From an uncultured bacterium (lineage in GTDB: Bacteria > Krumholzibacteriota > Krumholzibacteriia > LZORAL124-64-63), in NCBI GenBank assembly GCA_963727525.1, contig CAVSGO010000007.1, positions 2,112,001 to 2,176,000 on the forward strand: 64,000 nucleotides of DNA. Direction: 5' to 3'. Shown piece after piece: positions 38,759-47,913 of the stretch; position 1 is the first letter of the stretch, and the number at the start of each line of letters is the position of its first letter. The position numbers were made by a program, and so were the translations under genes. The notes beneath the pieces are model-generated. The model had not been told where the DNA came from. It ran no database searches and saw nothing but the letters and a program-made list of their open reading frames with translations.

Positions 38759-41700
38759 CCTGCACCTCCACCTTCGACGGCACGATCATGTAAACTGCGG
38801 GAATCACGACCAGCGTCAGCAGTGTCGACAGCACCAGCCCGCTCGCCACCGTGATCGCGAGCGGCGAGCGCAGCTCGGCGCCCTCGCCGAAGGCCAGCGC
38901 CATCGGCACCAGGCCGAGCACGGTGGTCGTGGTCGTCATGAGGATGGGGCGCAGGCGCACGTGGCCGGCGCGCACCACGGCCTCGGCCTTGCTCAGCCCG
39001 AGGCGCCGGAAGCGGTTGATGGCGTCGATGAGCACGATGGCGTTGTTCACCACGATGCCCACGAGCATCACGGCGCCGATGAGCACGATCACCGAGATCG
39101 GTGTGTGGGTGAAGATGAGGCCCGCCACCACGCCCACGAGCGCGAGCGGGATCGTGAACATCACGATGAACGGGTGGACGAAGCTCTCGAAGGTGGCGGC
39201 CATCACCAGGTAGACGAGGAAGATGGCCAGGGCGATAGCGAAGCGCAGGCTCTTGAAGCTCGTCTGCATCTCCTTGTTCTGGCCGCCCAGCTCCACGGTC
39301 AGACCATCCGGCGGCGGCGTGGCGCGCAGCACCGCCTGCACGTCGGTCACCGCGGCGCCGAGGCTGCGGCCGGCGAGGTTGGCCGTCACCACGGCGGCGC
39401 GCTGCTGCTGCAGGCGGTGGATCTCGGCCGGGCCGCGGCCGATGCTGACCTTGGCCACGCTCAGCAGTCGCAGTTGCTGTCCGTCGGATCCCGGGATCAC
39501 GAGATTTCGTACGTCGTCGAGCGACGCGCGGTCGGTCCCGCGGTTGCGGATACGGATGTCGATCTGGCGATCTGCCTCCTTGAACCGCGTGGGCACCGCG
39601 CCCTGCACGCGATTGCGCAGAGTCTGCGACAGCGCGCCCATGTCCAGGCCGAGGGACGCGAGCCGTCGACGATCGAAGACCACGCGCAGCTCCGGATTGC
39701 CGGCCTCGAGCGACGACCGTACGTCGGCCAGGCCAGGAACCGTGGCCAGAGCCGCGGCAAGGTCGAGGGAGTAGGCGCGCAGGGCGTCGAGATCCTCGCC
39801 GAAGATCTGCACCTCGATCGGCGTCTTCAGGCTGAAGTAGCTGGGGCGGCCGAACTTGGCCTCCAGGTCGGGAATGTCGGCGAACTGGCGGCGCATGCGC
39901 CCGGCCACCGCCTCCTCACCCGCCTCGCTCTGGCGGTTGCGCAGCACGACGTTGAGCTGGGCCAGGTTCTCGGCCTTGGTGTTCACCGACACGCCGCCCG
40001 ACGGCAGCCGGCTGCCCACCGTCACGTAGGTGCGCGCCACGGCCGAGTCGGCGTCGGCGATCGCCTCCATGCGATTCATCACGGCGTCGGTGGCGGCGAG
40101 GCTCGTGCCCTCGGGCATGGCGACCTCGAAGTAGAACTCGCCCTCGCTCAGCGCCGGAATCAGCTCCGTGCCCACGAAGCGGAGCGACCACAGGCTCGCC
40201 GCGAAGAGACCGAACGCCACGACCACCGTGAGCCAGCGCCGCTTCAGGGCCCCACGCACCATCTGGTCGTACACGCGGCCGAAGCGGCCGAGCCGCACCT
40301 CGGGTTCGTGATCGTGATCCGTGAGAGCGGGCGCCGGTACGCCGGCGGCCACGAGGCGCCGATCACCGCCGAGACCGCTGAGCATGGGGATCAGCGTGAG
40401 CGCCACCACGAGCGAGGCGAGCAGCGAGAACGTCACCGTGAGGGCCTGGTCGCGGAAGAGTTGGCCCGCCACGCCCTCCACGAACACGATGGGCAGGAAC
40501 ACGGCCACGGTGGTGAGGGTCGACGCGGTGACGGCAGCGCCCACCTCCTGCGTGCCGTCCACGGCCGCCAGGGCCGGGTCGATGCCGGCCTGCCGTCGGC
40601 GGTGGATCGCCTCGAGCACCACGATCGAGTTGTCCACGAGCATGCCGATGCCCAGCGTGAGGCCGCCGAGCGACATGATATTGAGCGAGATACCGAGGCG
40701 ATACATGAGCACGAATGTCGCCACCACCGAGATGGGGATGCTGGTGGCGATGATCAGCGTGCTGCGCCCCTCGCGCAGGAAGAGGAAGAGCACGAGCACG
40801 GCCAGGAGCCCGCCGAGCAACGCGGCATCGCGCACCTCCTTCACGGCGCGGGCGATGAAGCGTGACTGGTCGAAGAGCACCACCAGCTCGTCGCCGGGAG
40901 GCAGCTTGCCGTGCTGCCATTCGGCGATGCGCGCGGCGAGCGTGCGCGCCACGGTGACGGTGTTGGCGTCGCCCTCCTTGTAGATCGCGATCTCCACAGC
41001 CTCACGGCCGTTCACGCGCATGATCTCCTCGCGCTCCTTCGTACCCCAGGTCACCGTCGCCACGTCGCCCACGCGCACCTGGCGGCCGTTCTCGTCCTGC
41101 ACCACGAGGTTGGCGATCTCGTCCACGTCGTCGTACTCGTTCACCGTGCGGATGAGGAACTGGTTGTCGCGCCCGCGCAGCACGCCGCCCGGCAAATTGA
41201 GGTTGCCGGCACCCACCACCGCGCTCACGCGATCGAGCGGGATGCCGAGCGCAGCCAGCCGCTCCTGGTCCACGGCGATCTGGATCTCCTCCTCGAGCCC
41301 GCCCTTGACCTGGGCCGCGGCCACGCCCGTGAGCGTCTCGAAGTCCTGCTTGATCTGGCGATCGGCCACGCGGCGCAAGGAGGTGAGGCTGTCATTGCCC
41401 GTGAAGGCGAGTCGCATGATGGGCTCGAGGCTGGGATCGAAGCGCAGGATCAGCGGATCCGCGGCCTCGTCGGGCAGGATGAGGCGGTCGAGCTTCTCGC
41501 GCACGTCGAGTGCGGTGAGCTCCATCTTCGTGCCCCAGTCGAACTCAAGCGTCACCTCGCTCACGCCCGCGCGCGAGACGGAGTGGATGCCGGTGAGGCC
41601 GCGCAGCACGCCCACGGCCTCCTCCACCGGCCGCGTGACGAGGTTCTCCACCTCCTGGGGCGCGGTGTCGGGGAACTCGGTCTGGATCGTCAGCGACGGG

Positions 41701-41828
41701 TACGAGATGTCGGGGAACAGCTCCAGCGCCAGGCGCTGATAACTCACCCAGCCGAATGCGAGCACGGCGATCGTCGCCATGACGACGCTCACCGGACGCC
41801 GGACCGCGAGCGCGATGAGTCCCCGCAT
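38754..41828 (-). CDS. RND efflux permease (AcrB/AcrD/AcrF family)
   Basis: 1024 aa; GMLVDNSIVVLE, GIVVNNAIVLID, RLRPILMT. Confidence 0.94.
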   Translation of the reverse strand: MRGLIALAVRRPVSVVMATIAVLAFGWVSYQRLALELFPDISYPSLTIQTEFPDTAPQEVENLVTRPVEEAVGVLRGLTGIHSVSRAGVSEVTLEFDWGTKMELTALDVREKLDRLILPDEAADPLILRFDPSLEPIMRLAFTGNDSLTSLRRVADRQIKQDFETLTGVAAAQVKGGLEEEIQIAVDQERLAALGIPLDRVSAVVGAGNLNLPGGVLRGRDNQFLIRTVNEYDDVDEIANLVVQDENGRQVRVGDVATVTWGTKEREEIMRVNGREAVEIAIYKEGDANTVTVARTLAARIAEWQHGKLPPGDELVVLFDQSRFIARAVKEVRDAALLGGLLAVLVLFLFLREGRSTLIIATSIPISVVATFVLMYRLGISLNIMSLGGLTLGIGMLVDNSIVVLEAIHRRRQAGIDPALAAVDGTQEVGAAVTASTLTTVAVFLPIVFVEGVAGQLFRDQALTVTFSLLASLVVALTLIPMLSGLGGDRRLVAAGVPAPALTDHDHEPEVRLGRFGRVYDQMVRGALKRRWLTVVVAFGLFAASLWSLRFVGTELIPALSEGEFYFEVAMPEGTSLAATDAVMNRMEAIADADSAVARTYVTVGSRLPSGGVSVNTKAENLAQLNVVLRNRQSEAGEEAVAGRMRRQFADIPDLEAKFGRPSYFSLKTPIEVQIFGEDLDALRAYSLDLAAALATVPGLADVRSSLEAGNPELRVVFDRRRLASLGLDMGALSQTLRNRVQGAVPTRFKEADRQIDIRIRNRGTDRASLDDVRNLVIPGSDGQQLRLLSVAKVSIGRGPAEIHRLQQQRAAVVTANLAGRSLGAAVTDVQAVLRATPPPDGLTVELGGQNKEMQTSFKSLRFAIALAIFLVYLVMAATFESFVHPFIVMFTIPLALVGVVAGLIFTHTPISVIVLIGAVMLVGIVVNNAIVLIDAINRFRRLGLSKAEAVVRAGHVRLRPILMTTTTTVLGLVPMALAFGEGAELRSPLAITVASGLVLSTLLTLVVIPAVYMIVPSKVEVQG

Positions 41829-42988
41829 CAGGCGCCGCCTTCACGCGGTTCGCCGCTGGCGGTGGCCGTCGTGTCGGCGAGCACCTTGAGGAACGACCCG
41901 GGCTTGAGGGAGCGCTGCCCCTTCACGACCACACGGTCGCCCGTGTCCAGGCCGGATGTGATCTGCGCGTGGTCGTCGTCGAGGAATCCCACCTGTACCA
42001 CGCGGCGCTCGGCGGTGGGCGGGTCACCCGCAACCACGGTGTAGACGACCGACTCTGTCTTGTCGGTGACCACCGCCGTGCGAGGTACGAGGATGGCGTG
42101 CGGCCGCTTCTCGGTGGTGATGCGCACCGAGGCGAAGTCGCCGGGGCGCGTGTCCCGCGGGTATTCGGGCACCTCGATGGTGAGCTTGATGGTGCCGCTC
42201 GTGGGGTCGATGATCGGGCTGACCAGGGCGATCGTGCCCGCGAGGTGCGCGCCGTCGCTGTCGAGCACCAGCGTCACGTCCTGGTTCACGGCGAGCTGGC
42301 GGAATTCGCGGCTGGGCACGTAGACGCGCGCGAGCAGCGGATGGAAGTCGCCCACCGAGAACAGGGCCGTGCCCTCGCTCACGTTCTGTCCCACGTCCAC
42401 GAGGCGGCGCGTCACCTGGCCGTCGAACGGCGCCACCACGGTGGTGTACTGCAGCGTGAGCCGCGCGAGGCCCTCCATCGCCTCGGCGTCGGCCAGCTCG
42501 CTCTTGGCCGTCTCGAACTCGGCCTCGGAGGCGAGCTGCTGGTCGACCATCTGCTGCATGCGGCCAAAGGCGGCGCGAAGCTGCGCCGTGCGCGCGGCTG
42601 CCTGCTCCACGCGCAGGCGGTACTCGCCGTTGTCGATGCGCAGCATCGGTTGGTTCTCGCGAACCTCGTCGCCCTCCTCCACGAGGATCTCCTGCACGAG
42701 GCCCCCGACGCGCGCCAGCACGTCAGCCTGTTTCTGTGCCTCGAGACTGGCCGTGGCCTCGTAGTAGCTGGCTATCGGTCCCGTGATCACCGGCACCGCC
42801 GCCACCGGGATGGGATGCTCGCGGTCGGGAGCATCCTCGTTGCCCGAAGCTGCGGCGGCATCGCCGGCCGGCCCCGACTTTCCACCGTGGCCACATCCGG
42901 TGAGCACGAGGGCGAGGAATAGCCCGCCGAATAGGCAGGCGCGCGCGAACTTTCGGGGCGCAAACTTCCGGGATACGGACAAGGACAT
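41828..42988 (-). CDS. RND periplasmic adaptor (MFP), lipoprotein
   Basis: LTGC lipobox; GLVQEILVEEGD lipoyl half-motifs, alpha-hairpin, VVAPFDG; TGATG overlap with permease start. Confidence 0.92.
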   Translation of the reverse strand: MSLSVSRKFAPRKFARACLFGGLFLALVLTGCGHGGKSGPAGDAAAASGNEDAPDREHPIPVAAVPVITGPIASYYEATASLEAQKQADVLARVGGLVQEILVEEGDEVRENQPMLRIDNGEYRLRVEQAAARTAQLRAAFGRMQQMVDQQLASEAEFETAKSELADAEAMEGLARLTLQYTTVVAPFDGQVTRRLVDVGQNVSEGTALFSVGDFHPLLARVYVPSREFRQLAVNQDVTLVLDSDGAHLAGTIALVSPIIDPTSGTIKLTIEVPEYPRDTRPGDFASVRITTEKRPHAILVPRTAVVTDKTESVVYTVVAGDPPTAERRVVQVGFLDDDHAQITSGLDTGDRVVVKGQRSLKPGSFLKVLADTTATASGEPREGGA

Positions 42989-43069
42989 GGAATACCTCGA
43001 CTTCACCGGGTGCTGGTGGCGACCTCGACGGTCCAATATCGGGTGCTCACGGAGAGAATGCCAAGCCGT

Positions 43070-45853
43070 TCAGCGGGATGCCAGGCCGGGCGACCGCAAG
43101 CTGAGCGTATACGCCGCCCAGCTGAAGGGGTTTCGCATGGATCCATCCGGCCCGCGTAGCGCCTGGCGCTGGGACCGCCCCATGGCCGCCGGAAGGGGCA
43201 GCCCCTCCTGCAGCCAGCCGCGTAGACAAGTGTCGAGGAGGGTGGCTGGCTCGTCGTCGCGCACGCGCCAAAGTGTCACCAGGACTGCCTCGGCCCCCGC
43301 ATCGACAAAGGCGTCGCCGAGGCTGGGCGCCGTGGTCTGCCCGCTCACGTACGGCGCTCCGCTCGCGCAGCTCGCCAGTACGGCCAGGCGCACGCGGGTC
43401 AGATCGGTCGCGCGGATGTCGGTGACGTCGAGCACCCCGCTGGCACTGGCGATCCCGGAGTCCGTGTCGGGACTCAGGGGCAGGAACGTACGGTACGGCG
43501 CCTCCGGGCTGCGCACGGTGTGGCAGGCAAAGTAGAGGCAATCGACGTCCTCCCATACGGCGCGTAGCGCCGTGAGCGAGGCCGCCGCGCCCTGCAACGT
43601 GCGGGCGTGCGGGAGAAGCGTCGCCACATGCGTGGCCTCGGCCGAGCTGCCCGCCAGTTCGGCCAGCCCGGGGTAGCGTCGGCGCAGGCGTGGCGCGAGA
43701 TCCGGCGCCGCGACCACGAGGCTCGATCGTGGCGCGCCGGTCGCCGTCAGCGGTCCGCAGCCGCGCACGGAAGCCACGTCGCACCGTTCGACGAGGGGCA
43801 CGTATCTTGGCGGCGTATCCACGTCGAGCGCAGCGAATGGCAGCAAGGCGAGGGCGCCGAATGCCGAGACCAGCACGACCCGCGGCGTCGTGTCCGCGGC
43901 GAGCAGGTCCGACGGCAACAGCACCTCGGCCAGATCGCGAGCCCGCGCCACGAGTTCCGGCGAGACGGGCGCCCGGGCATTCCCCGGATCCCGTGACATC
44001 AGCGCGAGGGCCCCCGCGATCTGGTTCGCGAGCATGTCGACGCTCACGCCCAGGGTGTCGCAGGCCACGCCGTCACCGGAAGCCGTCCAGCGCAGCACGC
44101 GCTCGCCTTGCGGCGAGTACACCAGGTGCACGGCGTCCGCCGCGCGCAACTGGGCACGCGCATCCCGGGCGAGGACGCCGATCTCGCGGCGCAGCTCCGC
44201 GGGCGATCGGGGGGCCGCGACATCGCGACCGCCAAGCCACCCCGGCAGGCGCTGCCACATCAACTCGAGGCCGTAGCCCGCGGATGTATCGTTCGCGAGA
44301 AGGCCGTGCAGCGCGCAACGCAGTTCCTCGGCCCGATCGATGTCGATGTACGCCCGGGCGCTCGCATCCGAATGTTCGAGATCGTCGACCACGAGGCCGA
44401 GTCCGCGCACGAGCGCGGCAGCCGCCGAGTCGGGCCGTTCGACGGCCAGGCGGGACGCCAGCACGCAGGCCGACAGCCGCAGATCGTCCACCCAACCCGC
44501 ATGCCGAGCCGCGCCGGTCGCGTACTGGGCCAGGGCATCGCGCGCGGCCGCCGTATCGCCACAGGCAAGGCTCGCCGTGGCTTCGTACAGGCGGAAGCGC
44601 ACGAGCATCTCCGGCAGCGGTACATACTCCGCATACGCCACCGCCTCGTGCGCCGCGGCGAGCGCGAGTTTCGGATATCCGGCTGCCAGAAGACCGCGGC
44701 TACGGAAGTCGTGAACGTAGGCGGTTTCCTCGAAGGGGAGCTTTTCCGTGGCTGTGAGGAGGCTGGGATAGATCGCCTCTGCCTCGGCCACCCGACCCTG
44801 CCCGAGCATGGCGCGCGCGTGCAGTTCCTCGATCCGTAGCTCCTCGCGCCGCACGCGCACGGGATCATCCGACAGACCGGCCGCCACGCCGGCTCGGGCT
44901 TCGGTCACGAGCACCCGGGCGTGCTCCAGTAGCGCTTCCACGCGATTCCAGTCGTGGATGATCGCGTAGAATCGCGCCAGCATCACGAGATAAGGCAGAC
45001 CGAGCGCGGCCTGACCGAGGTCGCGGCAGACGCTGACCGCCTCCTCGAGATAGTCACAGCTCTGTCCGAAACGGCCCACCTGATGCGCGTGCACGCCCGC
45101 GATGGCGTAGGCGCGCCCCGCGTGTCCCGCGAGGCGCGATTCGCGCGCGATCTGGAGCGCCTCGTCGAGGCGGACGGCCACGTCGGCATCCGATTTCGAA
45201 ACATCGTGCATGGCCAGCGAACTGAGGGCGTTACACATGGCGATGCGCAGTTCGGCCCGGCGCGCATCGGCAAGCGCCTCGGCGAACCATCGGCGTGATT
45301 CGTCGGTCTTGCCGCGCTTGATCGCGTTGGCCGCGAGGTCTCTCTCGGCACCAACGACGCCGAAAGCGTAGTCGCGCTGCCGGAAATAGTCGAGATCACG
45401 GATCAGGCTGTCACGCGAGGCTTCGGGATCGTTGGCACCCTCGCCGAAGGCGATGGCGAGCTGCCTCAGCCGCGCCGCCATGTCGCGCCGGTCGTCGCGC
45501 GGCAGCCCGGCCAGATAGGTCGCATCACGCGCGTACTCGGGTAGCAGGTATTCCCGGGCCAGGACGGCTGCGATGCGATCCATCGCTGGCAAGAGCACGG
45601 TCTCGTCGTCAGCCGGATGCCGCCCCAGCTCCTTGCGCACTGCGGTGTATATATTCACCGATGCCTCGGCGCCGATCTCGCGCAGCGTCGCCGTCAAGGC
45701 GCGCTCGTCGTCGCCTAGGATGACGCGTCGGGTGGACGCATCGAAGCCCGCGAGCGCAGTGTCATCCCGCGCGGTACCTGGAGACAGGTGACAGGCCGGC
45801 CACGCCGCGACTGCACAGACGAGGAAAACGAGCGTCGAGCGGGTGAACGTCAC
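43070..45853 (-). CDS. Exported TPR + CHAT (caspase-like) protease
   Basis: CHAT dyad YFACH / LASCASG; AFVDAGAEAVLVTLWRVRD; NPFSWAAY; hydrophobic N-terminus; GAAGGGAG RBS before GTG 45853. Confidence 0.85.
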   Translation of the reverse strand: MTFTRSTLVFLVCAVAAWPACHLSPGTARDDTALAGFDASTRRVILGDDERALTATLREIGAEASVNIYTAVRKELGRHPADDETVLLPAMDRIAAVLAREYLLPEYARDATYLAGLPRDDRRDMAARLRQLAIAFGEGANDPEASRDSLIRDLDYFRQRDYAFGVVGAERDLAANAIKRGKTDESRRWFAEALADARRAELRIAMCNALSSLAMHDVSKSDADVAVRLDEALQIARESRLAGHAGRAYAIAGVHAHQVGRFGQSCDYLEEAVSVCRDLGQAALGLPYLVMLARFYAIIHDWNRVEALLEHARVLVTEARAGVAAGLSDDPVRVRREELRIEELHARAMLGQGRVAEAEAIYPSLLTATEKLPFEETAYVHDFRSRGLLAAGYPKLALAAAHEAVAYAEYVPLPEMLVRFRLYEATASLACGDTAAARDALAQYATGAARHAGWVDDLRLSACVLASRLAVERPDSAAAALVRGLGLVVDDLEHSDASARAYIDIDRAEELRCALHGLLANDTSAGYGLELMWQRLPGWLGGRDVAAPRSPAELRREIGVLARDARAQLRAADAVHLVYSPQGERVLRWTASGDGVACDTLGVSVDMLANQIAGALALMSRDPGNARAPVSPELVARARDLAEVLLPSDLLAADTTPRVVLVSAFGALALLPFAALDVDTPPRYVPLVERCDVASVRGCGPLTATGAPRSSLVVAAPDLAPRLRRRYPGLAELAGSSAEATHVATLLPHARTLQGAAASLTALRAVWEDVDCLYFACHTVRSPEAPYRTFLPLSPDTDSGIASASGVLDVTDIRATDLTRVRLAVLASCASGAPYVSGQTTAPSLGDAFVDAGAEAVLVTLWRVRDDEPATLLDTCLRGWLQEGLPLPAAMGRSQRQALRGPDGSMRNPFSWAAYTLSLRSPGLASR

Positions 45854-46030
45854 GGATGGAGCTCCCTTCCCTGGTGTGATGATAAGCCGAAGGGCCGCCG
45901 CGACCAAGCCCGATGACCACCCCTGGCCACCGGCGATCGCCTGTGCTAGCATGCGCGCGTTGCACCGCGATTCCAGGCCCGCAGCCCTGAACCGACAGAC
46001 ACGGACGGCCCAGCCAGTACGGACGAAGGC

Positions 46031-46882
46031 GTGAGCGAAACACCGGCCAGCCACACCGATGATCTGGAACTCGCCCGCGCGATCATCGCCGACGACGAGG
46101 ACGCCTGGCATCGCTTCGTGACCGAGCGCTCGGGCGTGATTATCGCCGTCCTGCGCCGCTATATCTTCGATGACGACGACGTGCGCACCGTGTACGTCGA
46201 TCTCCTCGCGTCGTTGCGCCGGGGGCGCCTTGCCGACTTCGCGGGCTTTTCGTCGCTCACCACCTGGCTCGTGTGTCTCGCGCGCGGTGCGGCGGCCGAT
46301 CACCTGCGCCATACGCTCGGGCGGCGACAGGAACCGGCGGGACTCGAGTCGCTCGACGCCGTGCAACGCGAGGCCTTCCGGCTCTACCATGTCGAGGGGC
46401 TCGCCTATGACGACGTGCTGCTGCGGCTGCGCCAGGCCGGCTTGCTGGACCGCGAGACGAGCCTGGCGGAGATCCTCGCAGCCATCGAGAACCGGCTCAC
46501 CGCCCGGACGTTGCGGCGCGTGGCGTGGGATCTGCATGCCGCCTCTGTGGGAGCCGCCTCGGGCCGGCTCCTGCAATATCTCGACGCCGCGGCCCGGGAC
46601 GCGGAGGATCGCGCCTCCCGTGCGAACCCGGAGTCCGAGCTGATCGCCCGCGAAGCCCGGCGCACGCTCGAACGCGTGCATGAACTCGTGGACCAGCTCC
46701 CCGAGGAGGAGCGGCGGGTGCTCACCCTGCGATTCGACGCCGGCTGGACGGCCGACGAGGTCGCCGCCGAGCTGGGCCTGCCCGACCGGCGGCGCGTGTA
46801 CACGATCGCCGACCGAGCCCTCGCCAGGCTCCGTCGCTGGCTCCATGTCACCATCCTCGTTGCCATTATCGTGTTGACGTAG
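46031..46882 (+). CDS. Atypical long ECF-type sigma70 factor
   Basis: Region 2 (DAWHRFV..SSLTTWLVCLARGAAADHLR) and region 4 (QLPEEERRVLTLRFDAGWTADEVAAELG). Confidence 0.82.
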   Translation: MSETPASHTDDLELARAIIADDEDAWHRFVTERSGVIIAVLRRYIFDDDDVRTVYVDLLASLRRGRLADFAGFSSLTTWLVCLARGAAADHLRHTLGRRQEPAGLESLDAVQREAFRLYHVEGLAYDDVLLRLRQAGLLDRETSLAEILAAIENRLTARTLRRVAWDLHAASVGAASGRLLQYLDAAARDAEDRASRANPESELIAREARRTLERVHELVDQLPEEERRVLTLRFDAGWTADEVAAELGLPDRRRVYTIADRALARLRRWLHVTILVAIIVLT

Positions 46883-46988
46883 GTTGACGACAGGAGAGGA
46901 CCGGGAATATCCTGGGCGTATCCGACCAACCGCTGCCGGATGCCCACGAAGAGGTCCGCCTCTCCCCGATCGAGGTGTGACGTTGCCG

Positions 46989-47876
46989 ATGATTTCGCGA
47001 CATTGCGACCCCAATGACCTCGCTGCCCTGGCCGAGGGCCGCGAGCCTGCCGGAAGCGACAACCTACATGCCCATCTGGCGCAGTGCCGGACCTGTCTGG
47101 CGACGTATGCCGAGGCCGTGCGTGTGGCGCACCGGACGGCCGCGGGCGTTCCCGGCGAAACCGTACCGCGGACCTGGCTGAGCGAGGCCCTCGCCGCCGG
47201 CGCGAAGCCGCAACGGGCGAACGTGGGCGTACCCCGGCGCGTCTGGGTGCCGGCCGTGGCGGTGTTCGTGCTCGCGCTCGTGTGGTTCGTCGCACCGACG
47301 AACCGCAGCGGCGAACTCACCGGCGACCAGATCGGGACCATCAGTCTGGCGCTGCGCGAGCAGTCGGTAGCGGGGCCCGTGTTCCCCGGCGTCTCGCCCG
47401 ACCAGCCCGACAACCCGACGGTCTATCGTTCGGGTAACTCGCCGGCGGACGACGTCTCGGCAATCCTGCGCGGTCAGGCCGGACGGCGCCAGTCGGTGCC
47501 GGCGGATCCAGAATCGGCCTACTGGCTCGCCGCCGGCTACCTGGCCGCGGGTCAGATCGGAACCGCCACCGACCTCGTGCGTCTCGCCCGCCAGACCTAT
47601 CCCCAGGATCGTCGCCTGCTCATCCTCGACGCCCTGGCTGCATATCGTCGCAGCGAGTTGACGCGCGCGGAATCGCTCCTGCATCAAGCCCTCGACCGCG
47701 ACCCCACCGACGACGTGGCGCGTTTCGATCTCGCGGTGATCCTGCAGGACGCCGGCCGCACGTGGGAAGCGCGCCAGTTGCTGGCGGCCGGCGCCTGGCC
47801 CGCCACCGAACTCCTCTCCCGCCGCGCCCAGGCGTTGCGAGACACGCTCCACACCGCCGCCGGCGGCCGCCCCTGA
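46989..47876 (+). CDS. Putative anti-sigma factor: zf-HC2 motif, TM helix, extracytoplasmic TPR
   Basis: HLAQCRTC (Hx3Cx2C), TM VWVPAVAVFVLALVWFV, TPR-like C-terminus; start may be 46977. Confidence 0.78.
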   Translation: MISRHCDPNDLAALAEGREPAGSDNLHAHLAQCRTCLATYAEAVRVAHRTAAGVPGETVPRTWLSEALAAGAKPQRANVGVPRRVWVPAVAVFVLALVWFVAPTNRSGELTGDQIGTISLALREQSVAGPVFPGVSPDQPDNPTVYRSGNSPADDVSAILRGQAGRRQSVPADPESAYWLAAGYLAAGQIGTATDLVRLARQTYPQDRRLLILDALAAYRRSELTRAESLLHQALDRDPTDDVARFDLAVILQDAGRTWEARQLLAAGAWPATELLSRRAQALRDTLHTAAGGRP

Positions 47877-47913
47877 CCCGACGGTGCCGCCTCGTGTCCG
47901 GACCCGGGCACGG

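Noticed and set aside
43070-47413. 1447-aa CHAT ORF as listed, and similar N-terminal extensions of asnS, AttH, kinase and addA ORFs
   Set aside because: Extensions overlap other genuine genes; internal starts with an RBS or stop-start overlap are better supported
43070-47876. Type III-E CRISPR Craspase locus
   Set aside because: No Cas7-11, other cas genes or array in the window; only a mechanistic analogy
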